From Nannocystis pusilla (GTDB lineage: Bacteria > Myxococcota_A > Polyangia > Nannocystales > Nannocystaceae): a stretch of DNA of 64,000 nucleotides. The notes beneath the pieces were generated by a model. It was not told where the DNA came from. It ran no database searches and saw only the letters and a program-made list of their open reading frames with translations. This document shows, in pieces, positions 60,291-64,000 of this stretch. How positions within the stretch are numbered: the first letter of the stretch is position 1; every line of letters begins with the position of its first letter. The position numbers and the translations under genes were made by a program. The stretch is from the NCBI RefSeq assembly GCF_049060185.1, contig NZ_JBMEQO010000002.1, one strand, 5' to 3'.

Positions 60291-61199
60291 ATGCACGATC
60301 CGGCCACCCTCCTCGCAGTCGTCAACCCAGCCGCCGGCGGCGGCGTGTGCGGCAAGCGGGCGCCCGCGGTCGTCGACCGGTTGCGGCAGTCGGGCATCAA
60401 GGTCGACGTCGTCGAGACGCGGGCCGCCGGTCAGGCCACCGAGCTCGCGCGCGAGGCCGTCGCGGCCGGCCGGCGCCACTTCATCGCCGTCGGCGGCGAC
60501 GGCACCAGCTACGAGCTGATCAACGGCATCTTCTCCGGCGCGCTGCCGGAGGGCGAGCGCCCGTCGCTCGGCATGCTGCCCCTCGGGACAGGTAACTCCT
60601 TCCTGCGCGACTTCACCGATCAGGGGGCCGAGTACGCGATCGAGGCCATCATCGCCGGCAAGACCCGGCCGTGCGACCTCGTTCGTTGCACGCACACCCG
60701 CGGCGCCCTGCACTTCATCAACATCTTCAGCATCGGCTTTGTCGCCGACGTCGGCGCCACCCGCAACCGCAACTTCTCGGCCCTGGGCGAGTTCGGCTAC
60801 ACGCTGAGCACCGTGCTACGGGTGGCCGCGCTGCGGCCCTACACCTTCCCGATGCAGATCGACGGTCACCCCGAGGACCGCGAGCCGCTGACCTTCCTGT
60901 CGTTCAACAACAGCCGCTTCACCGGCGGCAAGATGATGATGGCGCCCGACGCCAACACGCGCGACGGCCTGCTCGACATCATCCGGGTCGGTCGCCTCGG
61001 CCGCGTCGGCCTGCTGCGCACCTTCCCCAAGATCTTCAGCGGCGCGCACGTGCAGCACCCGGCCGTGCGCTGCTACCAGGCCCCCGGCCTCGACCTCCGC
61101 CTCGCCGAGGACATCGACGTCATGGTCGACGGCGAGATGATCAAGATAAACCCGCGCCGGCTGGAGGTCGTCCCCGGCGCGCTCGACGTCCGGACGTGA
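60291..61199 (+). CDS. YegS/DgkA-type lipid kinase (diacylglycerol-kinase catalytic domain)
   Basis: It reads FIAVGGDGTSYE and LPLGTGN. The ORF is intact. Confidence 0.75.
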   Translation: MHDPATLLAVVNPAAGGGVCGKRAPAVVDRLRQSGIKVDVVETRAAGQATELAREAVAAGRRHFIAVGGDGTSYELINGIFSGALPEGERPSLGMLPLGTGNSFLRDFTDQGAEYAIEAIIAGKTRPCDLVRCTHTRGALHFINIFSIGFVADVGATRNRNFSALGEFGYTLSTVLRVAALRPYTFPMQIDGHPEDREPLTFLSFNNSRFTGGKMMMAPDANTRDGLLDIIRVGRLGRVGLLRTFPKIFSGAHVQHPAVRCYQAPGLDLRLAEDIDVMVDGEMIKINPRRLEVVPGALDVRT

Positions 61200-61203
61200 T
61201 GTA

Positions 61204-61998
61204 ATGGTGTTCAAGATCCTCAAGAAGGCAGCTCAGGTCGTCTACTCGGCCGCGGTGTGGACCGTCTCGTTCGCGTGGATGGGCGCCGTCGCCGTCACGT
61301 GGGCCGCGGTGTCGACGGTGGTCCCGTCGCGCAAGACCCACAACTACATCGGCGGGCCCGGCATGGGCGCGGTCCTCAAGATCACCCTGTCGAAGGTCGA
61401 GATCATCTACGACCCCGACTTCGACCCCGAGCGGCGCGGCGTGTTCATGATGAATCACGTCAACCTGCTCGACGCGCACGCCGCCTGCGCCTCGATCCCG
61501 CACGCCTTCTGCGGCCTGATGAACGCCTGGCAGTTCAAGATCCCGATGTACGGCTGGATCATGAAGCTGGCCGACGGCATCCCGGTGCCGGACGGCAAGA
61601 ACCGCTACCGCGCCATCGCCGAGGCCGCGCGCGACCGGGCCAAGAAGGGCATCTCGATCCTCGCCTTCCCGGAGGCCCACCGCACGCTCGACGGCAAGGT
61701 CGCCGAGTTCAAGCGCGGCGTGTTCTGGATGGCCCGCATCGCCGGCCTCCCCGTCATTCCGCTGGCCACGCACGGCATGTACGATCTGATGCAGAAGGGC
61801 TCGTACCTGCTCACGCCGACCAAGATCACGATCTACGTCGGCGCCCCGATCGAGACGAAGGGCCTGTCCGACGCCGAGCTGGCGGAGGTCATGGAGCGGG
61901 CCCACAAGATCATCGCCGACTTCGCGGAGCGCGGCATCGTGCCCGGCCGCGCCGCGCCGATCCCCTCCGACGCCACGCCGATCGCCTCCGGCGCCTGA
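61204..61998 (+). CDS. plsC: 1-acyl-sn-glycerol-3-phosphate acyltransferase (PlsC/LPLAT)
   Basis: It has an N-terminal TM. It reads FMMNHVNLLD (HxxxxD) and AFPEAHRT. The ORF is intact. Confidence 0.8.
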   Translation: MVFKILKKAAQVVYSAAVWTVSFAWMGAVAVTWAAVSTVVPSRKTHNYIGGPGMGAVLKITLSKVEIIYDPDFDPERRGVFMMNHVNLLDAHAACASIPHAFCGLMNAWQFKIPMYGWIMKLADGIPVPDGKNRYRAIAEAARDRAKKGISILAFPEAHRTLDGKVAEFKRGVFWMARIAGLPVIPLATHGMYDLMQKGSYLLTPTKITIYVGAPIETKGLSDAELAEVMERAHKIIADFAERGIVPGRAAPIPSDATPIASGA

Positions 61999-62077
61999 TC
62001 GCCCGAGTCGGCGATCGGGGTCGGTGAATCCTCCGTCTGCAAGTCGCGGCGGCGGAGATGTGGGACCCGGGTCATCG

Positions 62078-62127
62078 CGGCAGTGTGACGGCCATCGCCC
62101 GCGTCACACTGCCGCGATTTCCTTTCG
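62078..62127 (+). terminator. Stem-loop with 13-bp perfect arms CGGCAGTGTGACG/CGTCACACTGCCG and 11-nt loop, followed by a T-rich tail
   Basis: It lies about 80 nt downstream of the plsC stop. The tail reads CGATTTCCTTTCG. Confidence 0.5.
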
Positions 62128-62326
62128 AGATTCCGGCCACGCGCGCGATGCCGCTGCGTGGCATTGCTCGTTCCTGTCCCGGGTGTGTGTGACGGACGTA
62201 CGAACCGTGGAGCCATCGAACGGGCCGCACACGGGGACGGCTGGGTCCGCCCGTCCGCAAGGATTTCGGTCACCTTGCGCGCCCGAAGGACCTCGATCAT
62301 GCCGAGAGGTCAGAGAAGATGGGACC

Positions 62327-63346
62327 ATGACTCGAGGGATTTGGCTGGCACTGGTCTGTTCGGTTGTGGCCTGTGATGTCGTCGATAACGACGTTCAAAC
62401 GGCGGTTACGCTGCGAAGCGACGTCGGTAACGGACTCGAGTTGAACTCCGCCGTGATGAACGGTCAGCAGTTCAACGGCATGCGCATGAACGGCATCAAC
62501 CTCAACGGGATGCGCATGAACGGTTGGACCATCAACGGGATCAACCTCAACGGCATCAACCTCAACGGCAGCAGCTTCTCGGCCACCATGGTCGTCGACG
62601 GCACTCCGGTTCAGGTGAGCGGCGACGACCTCATCGGCTCGCTGCTCACCCTAGAGGCCGGCACCGACACCTACGTCCTGCGCTTCGACGACATCTTCCT
62701 CGACCCGACCGACCCCGACGGCGACGTGTGGTTCTACGACATCGCCGTGCAGGACGTGGAGGCCGGCACCTGGTCCAGCCTCTGCTACGACCACCTCGGT
62801 CAGCCGACCCAGGCGATCGCCATCGGCAACTGGTGGGACGGCGTCACCGGCGACCGCAACGACGACGCCAGCGTCGTCACCTTCGCCTGCCGCGACGCCG
62901 TGCTCGCCAAGTGCGTCGAGTGGGGCTATCGCCCGTGGGCCACCGTCGGCGGCGTCTCCCTCGCCGATCACCACCAGGCGTGCACCCGGCTGGCCCGCGC
63001 CGACTACTGCGGCGACGGCACCCCGCACACCTTCAACGGCACGCCGATCGACGTGTTCGACGGCCTCAGCCCGGCGATCCAGGCCCCGGCCACCCTGACC
63101 ATGCAGAACTGGGGCATCGAGGCCGAGTGGGGCCCGGACGGCGCCGTCTGTGTCGGCGACCAGCGGCGCCTCAAGATGCTCGACGACGCCGGCGTCCCCT
63201 ACGAGTTCCCGACCTGCCTCGACGCCATCGACGACATCAGCACCTGCGGCGACTTCGACAGCGGCCGCGGCGGCCTCCTGGCCGATCGCTACTGCGACAA
63301 GTGGCAGTCCGACCCGGGCTCCTGCGACGGCTCCCAGCCGAACTGA
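62327..63346 (+). CDS. Secreted lipoprotein with pentapeptide-like repeats (xNGxx)x8 and ADYC domain
   Basis: It has a signal peptide and lipobox (VVAC). It has MNGINLNGMRMNGWTINGINLNGINLNG repeats. It reads LARADYCGDGTPHT. Confidence 0.65.
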   Translation: MTRGIWLALVCSVVACDVVDNDVQTAVTLRSDVGNGLELNSAVMNGQQFNGMRMNGINLNGMRMNGWTINGINLNGINLNGSSFSATMVVDGTPVQVSGDDLIGSLLTLEAGTDTYVLRFDDIFLDPTDPDGDVWFYDIAVQDVEAGTWSSLCYDHLGQPTQAIAIGNWWDGVTGDRNDDASVVTFACRDAVLAKCVEWGYRPWATVGGVSLADHHQACTRLARADYCGDGTPHTFNGTPIDVFDGLSPAIQAPATLTMQNWGIEAEWGPDGAVCVGDQRRLKMLDDAGVPYEFPTCLDAIDDISTCGDFDSGRGGLLADRYCDKWQSDPGSCDGSQPN

Positions 63347-63418
63347 ACCGCACGCCTCCGGGAGCCTGGCCCTTCGGCCAGGTTCCCCGCCTGACCGCCT
63401 CCCGTGGTATGGAGGCGC

Positions 63419-63859
63419 ATGAGCCGGATCCGGATCGGCGACACCACCTGGACCTTCCGCAGCGCCTCGCTCGAGCTCTACCATTGCACGAGTCCCGAGG
63501 CCGACTGGAACCTCGCGCTGGACCACGCCGGAGCGACCCTGTGGCTGGCCGGCACCGTCGTCCCCGGGCCGCGCTCGCCCGAGGCGCTGATCGGCGCCGA
63601 GGTGTCGGTCGACCTGCGCTCGCTCGACGAGGTCGCTGGCGCCCTGCTCGGCCGCCACGTGACCCTCTACCCTGGCGGCCAGGACGTGTGCGCGCTCGGC
63701 TTCCGCTTCGCCGCCGCGCCCGGCGGCGTGCGCCTGGCCGCCTCCGCCCGCTGCGACTGGGACCGCTACCTCGAGACCTTCGACCATGACCAGCCGGTCG
63801 ACCTCGAGCTCGAGATCGACGCCGCCGTCGTCGCCCTGCACCCTGGCAGCATGCCCTGA
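63419..63859 (+). CDS. Hypothetical protein
   Basis: A GGAGG RBS lies 5 nt upstream of the ATG. The ORF is 146 aa with no motifs. Confidence 0.45.
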   Translation: MSRIRIGDTTWTFRSASLELYHCTSPEADWNLALDHAGATLWLAGTVVPGPRSPEALIGAEVSVDLRSLDEVAGALLGRHVTLYPGGQDVCALGFRFAAAPGGVRLAASARCDWDRYLETFDHDQPVDLELEIDAAVVALHPGSMP

Positions 63860-63925
63860 CGGACATGCTCCTTCGCGCAGGTCTGTTCGAGCATGTTCGT
63901 ATGGACATGCTCGTAACGAACCCAT
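63860..63925. repeat. Three GRRCATGYTC palindromic units after the last gene
   Basis: The sequence is GGACATGCTCCTTCGCGCAGGTCTGTTCGAGCATGTTCGTATGGACATGCTCG. It shares CTTCGCGCAGG with 15965. Confidence 0.75.
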
Positions 63926-64000
63926 CGAGGTGAGCCGGCCCGGGGTCTGGCAACGTCACGCGCGCGCGCGCCGGCGGGCCTCCGGTTGACGCCCCGCCCC

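Overview
This is a 64-kb, high-GC (~71-72%) chromosomal segment that looks like Myxococcota. Supporting features are several eukaryote-like Ser/Thr kinases (TPR and PEGA types), lipoproteins with myxococcal Cys-rich repeats and an ADYC domain, futalosine genes mqnB/mqnD, and a GAF sigma-54 activator. I call about 55 protein genes and see no rRNA, tRNA, CRISPR array or classical IS element.

Gene content in order:
- trpG and trpE, translationally coupled.
- glyA.
- A type-II FAS/PKS-like, aryl-polyene-type subcluster: KS, KS-like CLF, hotdog dehydratase, FabG-like ketoreductase and a WxWxIP flavin halogenase.
- A fibrinogen-like-domain lipoprotein, then maf and yggS.
- An HcnABC / opine-oxidase-like three-subunit flavoenzyme.
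- An MBL-fold hydrolase.
- A Ser/Thr kinase and mtaB in one operon.
- rluE-like, a long acyl-CoA dehydrogenase, a LivK-like lipoprotein and a PEGA-type kinase.
- pepA, ung and a parE/relE-like toxin remnant in a low-GC islet.
- A GAF-sigma54 enhancer-binding protein next to a sigma54-promoted flotillin.
- Amidohydrolase, EEP nuclease, S1 protease, ygiQ, an orphan ABC ATPase, mqnD and mqnB.
- An ~11-kb lipid locus: HAD-IB, fatty acyl reductase, a second reductase, a pyruvyl-transferase-like gene, two AMP-ligases, a crotonase, an ACP, a YegS-like lipid kinase and a PlsC acyltransferase.

Two non-genic layers stand out:
1. About 40 single-base frameshifts interrupt otherwise conserved genes, including essential ones. 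The provided ORF track is therefore fragmented; I report whole-gene spans rebuilt by joining frames, and I think these are sequencing indels rather than real decay.
2. A dispersed family of palindromic REP/MITE-like elements centred on GGACATGTCC occurs at 15 or more loci. One copy is flanked by a perfect 18-bp duplication of its insertion site. Several copies lie in-frame inside coding sequences, and two supply the start codon of a gene.
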